64,000 bases of DNA from Chrysemys picta bellii (Eukaryota): the NCBI RefSeq assembly GCF_011386835.1, contig NC_088807.1:26784001-26848000 (forward strand). Direction: 5' to 3'. Below the pieces are notes generated by a model that saw nothing but the letters and a program-made list of their open reading frames with translations, was not told where the DNA came from and searched no databases. The position numbers and the translations under genes were made by a program. Below, in pieces: positions 1-19,394 of this stretch. The first letter of the stretch is position 1, and each line of letters begins with the position of its first letter.

Positions 1-1484
1 CTTCCTGCAGGAGCGGGTGAGACCCTAGCGCAGCCGGGGCCCCCCCCCCCGGCCCCCCCATGCCTCTTCCTCCCCAGGTCCTGTCCTCCCAGCCCCCCCG
101 CCTCTTCCCTCCCCAGTCCTGTCCCCCCGTCTCTTCCCCCGCCCGGCCTCTGGGTCCCCTTGGCCCCCCCATGTCTCTTCTCCCCCCGTCCCCCTGTCTC
201 TTCCCCCCAAGCTGGGTCCCCCCGGCCCCTGGGCACCCCTTCCTCTTCCCCCCCCCCACTGGCCTCTGGGCTCCCCAGCACAGCCTCCCCCATGTCTTCT
301 CTGCCCGGCCTCTGGGCCCCCTAGTACAGCCAGCCGCCCCCCCGTGTCCTTGGAGAGGCCCTGCCTGGCCTCTGCCCTCCCCCCCCCCCCCCACATACAG
401 CTGCCCCCCATGCCCAAATGGGCAATGGCGGCCCAGGCAGGAGTACCGGGAAAAGGGATCTGGGGCTGTCAGTGGATCACAAGCTAAATATGAGTCAATA
501 AGGCTACACTGCGGGGGAGCCAATCTCGTGCTGGGCTGTGTCAGCAGGAGTGTCGCAGGCCCGACACCAGCAGTGATTCTGCCCCCCGCTCACAAGGCCC
601 CGGCTGCAGGCCTTGTGTCCAGAGCTGGGCCCCGCGGTTCAGGAAAGACCTGGGCAAAGTGGAGACCGTCCAGAGAACAAAACACGGATCCGAGGGCTAG
701 AAAACGTGGCGCTATGCAGGAAGACTGAAGCCCCTGGGTTTTAGTTTGGAGAAGAGAGGCTTTGGGGGGCGTTAGGGAAAACTTCCTGTCAGGGTGGCTA
801 AGCGCTGGAACAAATCGCCCCGGGGGGGCTGTGGGGGCTTTTAAAAGCAGGTTGGACAAACCCTTGTCAGGGATGGGATGGGCTGGGCTGGATGATCCTT
901 AGCCCTGCCCTAAGTGCAGGGGACCGGACTGGAGACCCCTTGAGGTCCCTTCCAGTCCTATGATTTGATTCTATGTCCCCCTGTGGGGGTCCCCTTACCT
1001 GGCCTCTGGGCCCCCTGAAATACAGGGAGCCCTACAAGGTCCCAGGGGGTCCCCCTGCCTGGCCTCTGGGCCCCCCAAATACCCTTTGGCCCTAAAGATT
1101 CCCGTCTTCCTGCCCCAGTGAACCCCACAACACCCCTGCCCCCCAAGTACCTCGGCCTTCTACTGTCCCCCCCACAATGCACTTATCTGTCTTGCTCCTA
1201 CCCCGCTGTGCTCGTGGGGCTCAGCCTGGGGGTTCTGGCCTGGGGCAGCAGCTGGGTGCTTCCGCCTGTTGCCAGGTGGGTTGGGGGTCTGTGGGGGAGC
1301 CTCCCGACTGCTGGGGTGTCTGGGGTCCCCAGCTCCCTGGGGACTATGGGGGCAATTACCTTGGTGGGGGGCAGCCCCACAGGGCTCCCAGAATCCAGCC
1401 CGGGCCCTGTCACTGGGGGGGTGGGAGGGGGAGGAGGTTGCTCCTGCTTGTCCTCTCCCCTCACAGCCCCTCTGTAAGGGGAAG
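1..1484 (+). other. Near-identical second copy of ATP6AP1 exon 2 end plus intron 2 (matches 2969-4479); probable assembly or haplotype false duplication
   Basis: Position 1 matches 2969 and 1484 matches 4479. The differences seen are mainly single-base homopolymer indels and one extra ~39-bp repeat unit. The copy ends exactly at the N gap. Confidence 0.85.
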
Positions 1485-1984
1485 NNNNNNNNNNNNNNNN
1501 NNNNNNNNNNNNNNNNNNNNNNNNNNNNNNNNNNNNNNNNNNNNNNNNNNNNNNNNNNNNNNNNNNNNNNNNNNNNNNNNNNNNNNNNNNNNNNNNNNNN
1601 NNNNNNNNNNNNNNNNNNNNNNNNNNNNNNNNNNNNNNNNNNNNNNNNNNNNNNNNNNNNNNNNNNNNNNNNNNNNNNNNNNNNNNNNNNNNNNNNNNNN
1701 NNNNNNNNNNNNNNNNNNNNNNNNNNNNNNNNNNNNNNNNNNNNNNNNNNNNNNNNNNNNNNNNNNNNNNNNNNNNNNNNNNNNNNNNNNNNNNNNNNNN
1801 NNNNNNNNNNNNNNNNNNNNNNNNNNNNNNNNNNNNNNNNNNNNNNNNNNNNNNNNNNNNNNNNNNNNNNNNNNNNNNNNNNNNNNNNNNNNNNNNNNNN
1901 NNNNNNNNNNNNNNNNNNNNNNNNNNNNNNNNNNNNNNNNNNNNNNNNNNNNNNNNNNNNNNNNNNNNNNNNNNNNNNNNNNNN
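1485..1984. other. Assembly gap (500 N)
   Basis: Run of N. Confidence 1.
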
Positions 1985-2059
1985 ACCCTGGGGGGCTGAG
2001 CTGCTGGGTCCTTCCGCTGTGGGCCCTGGGGGGAGCAGCCCCCCAACATCCCCTCTCCT

Positions 2060-2283
2060 GGGCGTAACGGGGCGCTGCTATTGGCTGGCTCTCCGCTTCC
2101 CGCGCTGTGATTGGTCGCCGTTGGCGCGGCCCGCGCTGTGATTGGCGGGGTGGGGCGGCCATTGCTGTGATAGGCGCAGCGGGGCAGGGCAGCCCGCGCT
2201 GTGATTGGCAGGAGGGGTCAAGGGGCGGGGCGGCGGCAGTGGCCAAGGCCCGGTGGCGGACGCGGGTGGGGACAGTGCCCAAG
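2060..2283 (+). promoter_or_regulatory. ATP6AP1 CpG-island promoter with repeated reverse CCAAT boxes and GC boxes
   Basis: ATTGG at 2080, 2110, 2141 and 2204, plus ATAGG at 2170, within repeated CGCGCTGTGATTGG. GGGGCGG boxes are present. Lies directly upstream of AAGATGG at 2284. Confidence 0.7.
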
Positions 2284-5200
2284 ATGGCGGCGGCGCAGCT
2301 GGTGCTCGCGGGGCTGGTGCTGGGGGCGGCGCGCGCCGAGCGGGTCCCGCTGCTGGGCTGGTCCGGCCACAGGTGGGGGCGGGGCCGGGCGGGGGCAGTG
2401 ACGGGGGGGGTCTCTGTTGGGGGGCGGGGCTGGGCGGGGGGGGGGTCATTGCTTGGGGGGGCGGGGGCAGTGAGGGGGGGGGTCTCTGCCTGGGGGCGGG
2501 GGCAGTGACGGGGGGGGGTCTCTGCTGGGGGGCGGGGCTGGGGCGGGGGGGGGTCATTGCTTGGGGGGGCGGGGCTAGGCGGGGGCAGTGAGGGGGGGGG
2601 GGTCTCTGCCTGGGGGCGGGGGCAGTGACGGGGGGGGGGGGTCTCTGCCTGGGGGCGGGGGCAGTGACGGGGGGGGGGGTCTCTGCCTGGGGGCGGGGGC
2701 AGTGACGGGGGGGGGTCTCTGCTGGGGGGCGGGGCTGGGCGGGGGGGGTCATTGCTTGGGGGGGCGGGGCTAGGCGGGGGCAGTGAGGGGGGGGTGTCTC
2801 TGCCTGGGGGGGCGGGGCGGCGCTGTCAACCTCTGACCCTCCTGTGCCCCCCCCCAGCTCCCTCTGGCCCCCCCTGGCCGACAGCTACGAGGGACACGTG
2901 GTCGGCGCGGCCCAGCTGAGCGCGCTCCTCACCCCTGCGCTGGAGCGGGGCCCCCGCAACGTCCTGCTCTTCCTGCAGGAGCGGGTGAGACCCTAGCGCA
3001 GCCGGGGCCCCCCCCCCGGCCCCCCCATGCCTCTTCCTCCCCAGTCCTGTCCTCCCAGCCCCCCCGCCTCTTCCCTCCCCAGTCCTGTCCTCCCAGCCCC
3101 CCCCGCCTCTTCCCTCCCCAGTCCTGTCCCCCGTCTCTTCCCCCGCCCGGCCTCTGGGTCCCCTTGGCCCCCCCATGTCTCTTCTCCCCCGTCCCCTGTC
3201 TCTTCCCCCCAAGCTGGGTCCCCCCCGGCCCCTGGGCACCCCTTCCTCTTCCCCCCCCACTGGCCTCTGGGCTCCCCAGCACAGCCTCCCCCATGTCTTC
3301 TCTGCCCGGCCTCTGGGCCCCCTAGTACAGCCAGCCGCCCCCCCGTGTCCTTGGAGAGGCCCCTGCCTGGCCTCTGCCCTCCCCCCCCCCCCACATACAG
3401 CTGCCCCCCATGCCCAAATGGGCAATGGCGGCCCAGGCAGGAGTACCGGGAAAAGGGATCTGGGGCTGTCAGTGGATCACAAGCTAAATATGAGTCAATA
3501 AGGCTACACTGCGGGGGAGCCAATCTCGTGCTGGGCTGTGTCAGCAGGAGTGTCGCAGGCCCGACACCAGCAGTGATTCTGCCCCCGCTCACAAGCCCCG
3601 GCTGCAGGCCTGTGTCCAGAGCTGGGCCCCGCGGTTCAGGAAAGACCTGGGCAAAGTGGAGACCGTCCAGAGAACAAAACACGGATCCGAGGGCTAGAAA
3701 ACGTGGCGCTATGCAGGAAGACTGAAGCCCCTGGGTTTTAGTTTGGAGAAGAGAGGCTTTGGGGGGCGTTAGGGAAAACTTCCTGTCAGGGTGGCTAAGC
3801 GCTGGAACAAATCGCCCCGGGGGGGCTGTGGGGGCTTTTAAAAGCAGGTTGGACAAACCTTGTCAGGGATGGGATGGGCTGGGCTGGATGATCCTTAGCC
3901 CTGCCCTAAGTGCAGGGGACCGGACTGGAGACCCCTTGAGGTCCCTTCCAGTCCTATGATTTGATTCTATGTCCCCCTGTGGGGGTCCCCTTACCTGGCC
4001 TCTGGGCCCCCTGAAATACAGGGAGCCCTACAAGGTCCCAGGGGGTCCCCCTGCCTGGCCTCTGGGCCCCCCAAATACCCTTTGGCCCTAAAGATTCCCG
4101 TCTTCCTGCCCCAGTGAACCCCACAACACCCCTGCCCCCCAAGTACCTCGGCCTTCTACTGTCCCCCCCACAATGCACTTATCTGTCTTGCTCCTACCCC
4201 GCTGTGCTCGTGGGGCTCAGCCTGGGGGTTCTGGCCTGGGGCAGCAGCTGGGTGCTTCCGCTGTTGCCAGGTGGGTTGGGGGTCTGTGGGGGAGCCTCCC
4301 GACTGCTGGGGTGTCTGGGGTCCCCAGCTCCCTGGGGACTATGGGGGCAATTACCTTGGTGGGGGGCAGCCCCACAGGGCTCCCAGAATCCAGCCCGGGC
4401 CCTGTCACTGGGGGGGTGGGAGGGGGAGGAGGTTGCTCCTGCTTGTCCTCTCCCCTCACAGCCCCTCTGTAAGGGGAAGTGAGCCCAGCCCATCATGTGA
4501 TCCGTGACTGATCTCCCTGTGAGATTCCAGCTTCTGTGCTGCCCCCCTCCCCCCCAATAATACATGTATCATGCCCAGTGGGGAGGGAGCTGGGCTGGGG
4601 GGGCCTCAAATCACCCCCCCATTAATGTCCTCTTTCCCCCCTGCCCAGCTCAGCCTGGAGGATTTCACAGCGTATGGGGGGGTCTTCGGCAACAAGCCCG
4701 ACAGCGCTTTCCCCAGCCTGGAGGTGAGCAAGGGGGGTCCGGACAGAACTGGTGGGGCTGGGAGGGGGATAGGTGGCGGGGCCGTGGCTCAGGAGTGAGA
4801 GACCGTGATGGGGCTGTGGGTTGGGGGGGTGGCAGGTTCTGCAGGGTGGGGTAAGGGACCCTGATGGTCGGGGGTGAAGGGCTGTGGGGGGCTGTGGGTC
4901 AGGTGCCTGTCTCTAACTCTTCCCTCCCACACACACAGAGCGCCCTGGCGGGGGCCCCCTCAACCCTGGTGCTCCCAGCTGTGCAGGGGGCGGCGGCCGC
5001 CGGCGTCTTGGGGCTGCTGAAAGAGAAGTTGGGGCTGAGCCCCCTGCATGTGGAGCCGGGCACCCTGAGGGAGCTTCGCCTCAATGCCAGCCTGCCTGCC
5101 CTGCTGCTGGTGCGGCTGCCCTACACCGCTGGGTATGTGCCCCATGTGCCCCCCTGGCCTGCCCGCCCTGCTGCTGGTGCGGCTGCCCTACACCGCTGGG

Positions 5201-8200
5201 TATGTGCCCCCCTGGCCTGGCCTGGCCTGCCCGCCCTGCTGCTGGTGCGGCTGCCCTACACCGCTGGGTACGTGCCCCATGTGCCCCCCTGGCCTGGCCT
5301 GCCCGCCCTGCTGCTGGTGCGGCTGCCCTACACCGCTGGGTATGTGCCCCATGTGCCCCCCTGGCCTGCCCGCCCTGCTGCTGGTGCGGCTGCCCTACAC
5401 CGCTGGGTATGTGCCCCCCTGGCCTGGCCTGGCCTGCCCGCCCTGCTGCTGGTGCGGCTGCCCTACACCGCTGGGTACGTGCCCCATGTGCCCCCCTGGC
5501 CTGGCCTGCCCGCCCTGCTGCTGGTGCGGCTGCCCTACACCGCTGGGTATGTGCCCCCCTGGCCTGGCCTGGCCTGCCCGCCCTGCTGCTGGTGCGGCTG
5601 CCCTACACCGCTGGGTACGTGCCCCATGTGCCCCCCTGGCCTTGCCTGCCCGCCCTGCTGCTGGTGCGGCTGCCCTACACCGCTGGGTATGTGCCCCATG
5701 TGCCCCCCTGGCCTGCCCGCCCTGCTGCTAGTGCGGCTGCCCTACACCGCTGGGTATGTGCCCCCCTGGCCTGGCCTGGCCTGCCCGCCCTGCTGCTGGT
5801 GCGGCTGCCCTACACCGCTGGGTACGTGCCCCATGTGCCCCCCTGGCCTGGCCTGGCCTGCCCACCCTGCTGCTGGTGCGGCTGCCCTACACCGCTGGGT
5901 ACGTGCCCCATGTGCCCCCCTGGCCTGGCCTGCCCGCCCTGCTGCTGGTGCGGCTGCCCTACACCGCTGGGTATGTGCCCCCCTGGCCTGGCCTGGCCTG
6001 CCCGCCCTGCTGCTGGTGCGGCTGCCCTACACCGCTGGGTACGTGCCCCATGTGCCCCCCTGGCCTGGCCTGCCCGCCCTGCTGCTGGTGCGGCTGCCCT
6101 ACACCGCTGGGTATGTGCCCCCCTGGCCTGGCCTGGCCTGCCCGCCCTGCTGCTGGTGCGGCTGCCCTACACCGCTGGGTACGTGCCCCATGTGCCCCCC
6201 TGGCCTGGCCTGCCCGCCCTGCTGCTGGTGCGGCTGCCCTACACCGCTGGGTACGTGCCCCATGTGCCCCCCTGGCCTGGCCTGCCCGCCCTGCTGCTGG
6301 TGCGGCTGCCCTACACCGCTGGGTATGTGCCCCATGTGCCCCCCTGGCCTGCCCGCCCTGCTGCTGGTGCGGCTGCCCTACACCGCTGGGTATGTGCCCC
6401 CCTGGCCTGGCCTGGCCTGCCCGCCCTGCTGCTGGTGCGGCTGCCCTACACCGCTGGGTACGTGCCCCATGTGCCCCCCTGGCCTGGCCTGCCCGCCCTG
6501 CTGCTGGTGCGGCTGCCCTACACCGCTGGGTATGTGCCCCCCTGGCCTGGCCTGGCCTGCCCGCCCTGCTGCTGGTGCGGCTGCCCTACACCGCTGGGTA
6601 CGTGCCCCATGTGCCCCCCTGGCCTTGCCTGCCCGCCCTGCTGCTGGTGCGGCTGCCCTACACCGCTGGGTATGTGCCCCATGTGCCCCCCTGGCCTGCC
6701 CGCCCTGCTGCTAGTGCGGCTGCCCTACACCGCTGGGTATGTGCCCCCCTGGCCTGGCCTGGCCTGCCCGCCCTGCTGCTGGTGCGGCTGCCCTACACCG
6801 CTGGGTACGTGCCCCATGTGCCCCCCTGGCCTGGCCTGGCCTGCCCACCCTGCTGCTGGTGCGGCTGCCCTACACCGCTGGGTACGTGCCCCATGTGCCC
6901 CCCTGGCCTGGCCTGCCCGCCCTGCTGCTGGTGCGGCTGCCCTACACCGCTGGGTATGTGCCCCCCTGGCCTGGCCTGGCCTGCCCGCCCTGCTGCTGGT
7001 GCGGCTGCCCTACACCGCTGGGTACGTGCCCCATGTGCCCCCCTGGCCTGCCCGCCCTGCTGCTGGTGCGGCTGCCCCATGCCGCTGGGTATGTGTCCCG
7101 TTCTCCCCACCCCCCGGCCTGGCTTGCCCGCCCTGCTACTGGGTACGTGCCCCGTGTCCGTCTCCTCCCCCTCCCCCCCCGGCCTCCCAATATGACCTGG
7201 CCTGCCCGCCCTGCTGCTGGTCCTGCTGCCCCATGTCCATGCCACGGCCTGGCCTGCACTGCCCAGGTCTGTGTCCATGGCTCTGGGTTCACCCCTTGGA
7301 GAGTGGGGGGCTTGAGACGCTGTGACTGGCTGGCCTGCGGGAATGTGGGGCTGGAGGTCCCAGCATGGGGCCCACATGGGGGGGGTGCCCTCTGGCACCT
7401 TCCCCTGATGTGCTTCTCTTCATCTCCAGCTCCAGCCTCATGGCCCCCAAGGAGGTGCTGATGAGCAACGGTGAGTCTGGCTCCCCAGGGCCCCTTCCCT
7501 ACCCCAATCCTGGGTCCTCTGCCCCCCATGGCTGGGTCTTCCAGCCACCCTTCGTATCCAGGGCCCCTCCCCCCATTGCTGGGTACTCCCCATTTCCCCC
7601 CTGAAGTGCCCAGATTGGTGTGGGGAGTATCCCCTCCACAGCCCCTGGGGTAGGGTGGGTCAGTGTTTGGGGGCTGGCTGAGGGGTTAGCTGGGGAGGCA
7701 GTGGGGCCAGGGGGCAGTGCTGTTAACCCCTGATGTGTCTGCCCCAGATGAGATCATTGGGCAGGTGCTCAGCGCCTTGAAGGAGGAGGACGTGCCCTAC
7801 ACGGCGCTGCTGACAGCCGGAGCCCCCTCACGGGTACATCTCTTCTCTCCCCCCCCCCCTCCCTCCTGCCAGGGGCCCCCTCAGGGGCATGTCCCCCCAC
7901 TGACCCTCCTCCCCTGGCCGGGGGGGCCCCTTGGGTACATCCCCATATCTGGCGCCCTGGCCATGCACCTCTCCTGGGTATGTCCCATTCACACTGACAA
8001 CCCCCGCTCCCAGAGACCTGCCCTAACCCCTGAGCTGGGCCCTCCGGGTACTCCGCTGCCCCCCAGCTCTCACCCAGCCTTCTCCCCAGGTTCTCCGGGA
8101 CGTCTCTGGGGTGGCCCCCGGGGGAGTGGGCCGCCAGCTGCTGCAGAAGCCGACCCCAGCACCAGCACAGCACCCCCCAGTGCGGTACCCCCTGACCGGT

Positions 8201-9603
8201 GAGCCCCGGATCCTCTTCTGGGCCCAGAACTTCTCCGTGGTCCAGGGCAGCAAGTGGGTCGACCTGACGCCCCAGACGTTCGGGGCTGTGGCCTCCGTTG
8301 ATGTGAGCGGCTCATCCTGGAGCTCCAATGACTCCCGGTGAGAGTGGGGCTGCGGATCGGGAGTGAGGGGCACTGCAGTGGTGGGGGGCTTAGGCTTGGG
8401 CTACCAGGGGGTGCGGGTCAGGAGTGAGGGGCACAGGCAGAGCTGGGGGGACTGGGCTACCAGGGGGTGTGGGTCAGGAGTGAGGGGCACAGGCAGAGCT
8501 GGGGGGACTGAGGGTTGGGCTACCAGGGGGTGCGGGTCAGGAGTGAGGGGCACTGGCAGAGCTGGGGGGAGCCCAGGGCTGGGCTGATAGGGGGCTGCTG
8601 GTTGGGAGTGTGGGGCACCACTGGGGTCACTGTCTCTGTCCCCCTATCCAGGCTGGTGCTGAAGTATGCAAATGTTCTGGGGTCCCCTCTGACTGTCACG
8701 TGAGTATATGGGGGGCTGGCTAGGCCTGGGAGAGACGTGTGCTGTCTCCTGGGGGGTGTCACTACATTGACTTGGAGGCTCTGGGGGTGCTGGGGTGTGG
8801 GGGGAGGCTGCTGGTGTCTGGGGGGATCTGGCTGGATCACAGGGGATGGATCACTTGATGTTACCGGTTCTGTTCATTCTCTGGGGCCCCTGGCACTGGC
8901 CACGGTCGGCGCTTTGGGCTGTCTCAGTGCTGACCCTTGGGGGTTTCTGGGGGTCTGTCTGGCCCTCGGGTGGCTTTGGGGGGCCTGGCTGAAGGCTCAG
9001 GGGGTTCTGGCTGGGGTATGTCTGGATGAGCCGTCCCTCCCCCCGCCCCTCCAGGTTCCACATGACCAGCCGGCGGTTTCCTGTCTCGGGCCGGGACTGG
9101 TTCCAGCTGAGCCGCCTGGAGCTGGCGACGCCCTCGGCCAGGCCCAGTGTCTTCAACGCCTCGCAGGTGACGGCCCCCAGCGACTATTCCTGGCACTGCG
9201 CCTACCTCAGCAGCCTGCCGGGCTTCGGGGCCGGCCTCCAGCCCCACGGCCCCAGCCCCAGCTGGGGGGTGCTGCTCCAGGATGTGCAGGTACCGGCTGG
9301 GACGCCTGGGTTCTCTCCTGGCTCGGGGGGGGGGGGGGGGGGGGCTCGGAGCCTGGCTAAATCTAACCGCTTCTCCCCCCCCCCCCCCCCCAGCTGCAGG
9401 GGTTCAACGTGACGGGCCTGCAGTTCTCCTACGCCAGCGACTGCGCCGGGTTCTTCGCGCCGGGCACCTGGATGGGGCTGCTCACGGCCCTGCTGCTCGG
9501 CGCTATCTTCGCCTGCGGCCTCCACATGCTGCTGGGCCTCAAGACCATGGACCGCTTCGACGACCCCAAGGGGGCCACCATCGCCGTGCCCCAGGGCGAG
9601 TAG
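2284..9603 (+). CDS. ATP6AP1: V-type proton ATPase accessory subunit S1 (Ac45), 10 coding exons, 450 aa
   Basis: Exons 2284-2372, 2858-2984, 4649-4723, 4939-5132, 7430-7470, 7748-7833, 8090-8337, 8652-8699, 9055-9289, 9394-9603. All are GT-AG and total 1353 nt in frame. Recognised peptides: signal peptide, [32 protein letters not shown] furin-site region, [13 protein letters not shown] helix, [11 protein letters not shown]. Confidence 0.96.
2385..2815 (+). repeat. G-rich minisatellite in ATP6AP1 intron 1
   Basis: Repeated GGGGCGGGGGCAGTGACGGGGGGGGTCTCTGCCTG-like units. Confidence 0.9.
5084..7150 (+). repeat. Tandem array of about 30 units (67/68/72/77 bp), each copying the ATP6AP1 exon 4 3' end plus splice donor
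   Basis: CTACACCGCTGG/GTAYGTG counted at 5121, 5188, 5256 ... 7010, with degenerate copies at 7077 and ~7140. Confidence 0.97.
8340..8585 (+). repeat. Minisatellite family B (GGGCTASCAGGGGGCTGCGGGTCRGGAGTGAGGGGCAC) in ATP6AP1 intron 7
   Basis: About four tandem units; the same family recurs elsewhere in the window. Confidence 0.8.
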
Positions 9604-9619
9604 GGCGGGGCTGGGTCCT

Positions 9620-9858
9620 GCTCCCCCCGAGCTGGGACCCCCAGGCTCTGCACGGGGGCCTGAGCTGTGTGCGCCCCTCCCCCGGACCCTGCTCTTCTCT
9701 CTTCCACCCCCCTCCCCCGAGCTGGGACCCCCAGGCTCTGCACGGGGGCCTGAGCTGTGTGCGCCCCTCCCCCGGACCCTGCTCTTCTCTCCCCCCTCCC
9801 CCGAGCTGGGACCCCCAGGCTCTGCACGGGGGCCTGAGCTCTGTGCGCCCCTCCCCCC
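9620..9858 (+). repeat. Three ~85-90-bp tandem units in the ATP6AP1 3' UTR
   Basis: GAGCTGGGACCCCCAGGCTCTGCACGGGGGCCTGAGC at 9629, 9719 and 9803. Confidence 0.9.
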
Positions 9859-10038
9859 AGGCTGTGTGCAGTGGGGCCCGTGCAGCCCCCCACACTCTGC
9901 CCCAAGCTCCACACACAGCTGCCGAAGGGGGGGTGTCTAGACCCCCCCCCCCCTGCTGCTCTAACCCTGCCCCCCCCACTGGGGGCTGTTTCTTATTTAT
10001 TGGGGGCCCTGCCCCCCCTCCTCTCCCCACAGCCCCTG

Positions 10039-10044
10039 AATAAA
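10039..10044 (+). terminator. Putative ATP6AP1 polyadenylation signal AATAAA
   Basis: First AATAAA after the stop codon, followed by GT-rich sequence. Confidence 0.7.
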
Positions 10045-10109
10045 TCGTGTCTGGGCCCAGCCCCTGTGTCCGTCTGTCTGTCCGGGGCTCGTAGGGGGCC
10101 GGGAGGGGC

Positions 10110-10629
10110 CTGGGACTTCTTTCTCTGGCGGAGGGAGCGGGGGTGGTGTCTCGCTGTGTACCTCAGTTGTGGCGGAAGGATCTGGCGTAGCCATGGAGAG
10201 AAATAAACGTGGGACTCTGTTCTCTGGCGGACGGAGACAAGCTCATGCGGCTGAGTATAGGAACTCATTTATTCGGCGGAAGGATCTGGGGCTTTTCTCT
10301 TTCGGAAGAGACGGCTACGCTACAATATGGAACCGGGATTAGTTTTGTCGGCGGAGGGATGCGGTGCTTTAGAGTGGATGTCGGCACTCTACTTATTGGC
10401 GGAGGGTTCCCACCTCTGGCGGTGAAAAGGCCCTGAGCCGGGGTTTGCCTGCAGCGGAGGGGGGGCGTGTCATGTGCCCTCGCCGGGACTCGTTTCCTGG
10501 CGGAGGGATCCGGGGGTGTGGTAGGTAGGCCCGGGACTCGTTTCCAGGCGGAGGGATCCGGAGCAGGCGGCGCTGCCACCCAGCCTGGCTCCGCGCGGGG
10601 CGGGGGGAGGCGGCTCCGGACCCGCCGCC
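10110..10629 (+). promoter_or_regulatory. GDI1 promoter region with eight copies of a ~25-bp GGGACTCNTTTNYTGGCGGARGGAT motif
   Basis: GGCGGA cores at 10127, 10171, 10226, 10275, 10350, 10398, 10499 and 10547. Kozak GCCGCCATGG at 10630. Confidence 0.6.
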
Positions 10630-18412
<7,783 letters not shown>

Positions 18413-19106
18413 CACACCCCCCGCCAGGGCCAGCTGGGGCCCCCCCAGCACAGGGACCAAGCCGTGACTTCTCCCCCATCTGCACCAGGACCAGTCCCCC
18501 CCTACCAGGGCCAGCTGTGACTCTTCCCCCCCACCCCCCATCCTCTGGGACCAACCCCCCCTACACACACATCAATCCAGTACCTCCCTAAGTACCAGGA
18601 ACAGCTGTGGCCCATCACCCCCAAATCCCCCACCCCACAGCTGCTGCCCCAAGCAGGGACCAAGCCTGGCACTACCCCAACCCCCACCTTCCCCGGGGGC
18701 GTCTTCTCTCCACCCCCCGCCCCGGGGGCAGCTCTGTAGGGCACTTCTAAGGCCTGGGAGACTCCCCCCTCCCCCAGATTGGGGGGGGTCACCCCGCTCC
18801 CCCAAAGCTGGTCCCGTTTCCCTTGCCCCCCGTCTCGTGTCCGCCCCCCGCCTTAGCCGTGTAGGGGGTCAGGTTCATGTACGTTCATGGGGGGGGTCAG
18901 TACTCCCCCCCAGCACCTGCTGCTCGCTGTAATTTATTTTAAGTTATTAATACTGGACCAGGGCCAAGAGGGGGAGAAGAGCTGGGGGGACATTGCAGCC
19001 CTGTTTCCGGGGGGGTGCTCTGGGTGGGGTGTGCCCCCCTGGGCCCCATGCTGTCAATATTTAACAACCCCCCCCCTCCCCCGCGCGCGCTCAATTGTGT
19101 CCAGGC

Positions 19107-19112
19107 AATAAA
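19107..19112 (+). terminator. Putative GDI1 polyadenylation signal AATAAA
   Basis: AATAAA about 700 nt after the stop codon. Confidence 0.7.
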
Positions 19113-19394
19113 GTTACTTTAGTCAACTATGCTCCTGCCTCCTGGGGGGGGGGAGGGTAGTGGCTGATCCCTGGCACATGGGGGGGATATCTGGGTTCGG
19201 GGGGAGGAAGGTGGCACATGGGGGGGCTGATATCTAGCACGGGGGGTACCTGGGTCTGGGGGGCGATGCTGGCACATGGGGGGGCGGATACCTGGCACGG
19301 GGGGGGCAGTACCCACAGGGGAGCAGCTGGAGGGGAAGGCGGGACCCATTGCCCCCCCCCAGGTCTCTGGTGTGTCGCCGGGGCAGAAGGGGCA

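Noticed and set aside
4864-7325. 616-, 707- and 479-aa Pro/Cys-rich ORFs
   Set aside because: These are translations of the exon 4 donor tandem array, which is nearly free of stop codons. Only 4939-5132 is real coding sequence.
10110-10560. CRISPR array call for the repeat-spacer pattern
   Set aside because: The context is a vertebrate spliced-gene locus with no cas genes. The repeats are degenerate and irregularly spaced.
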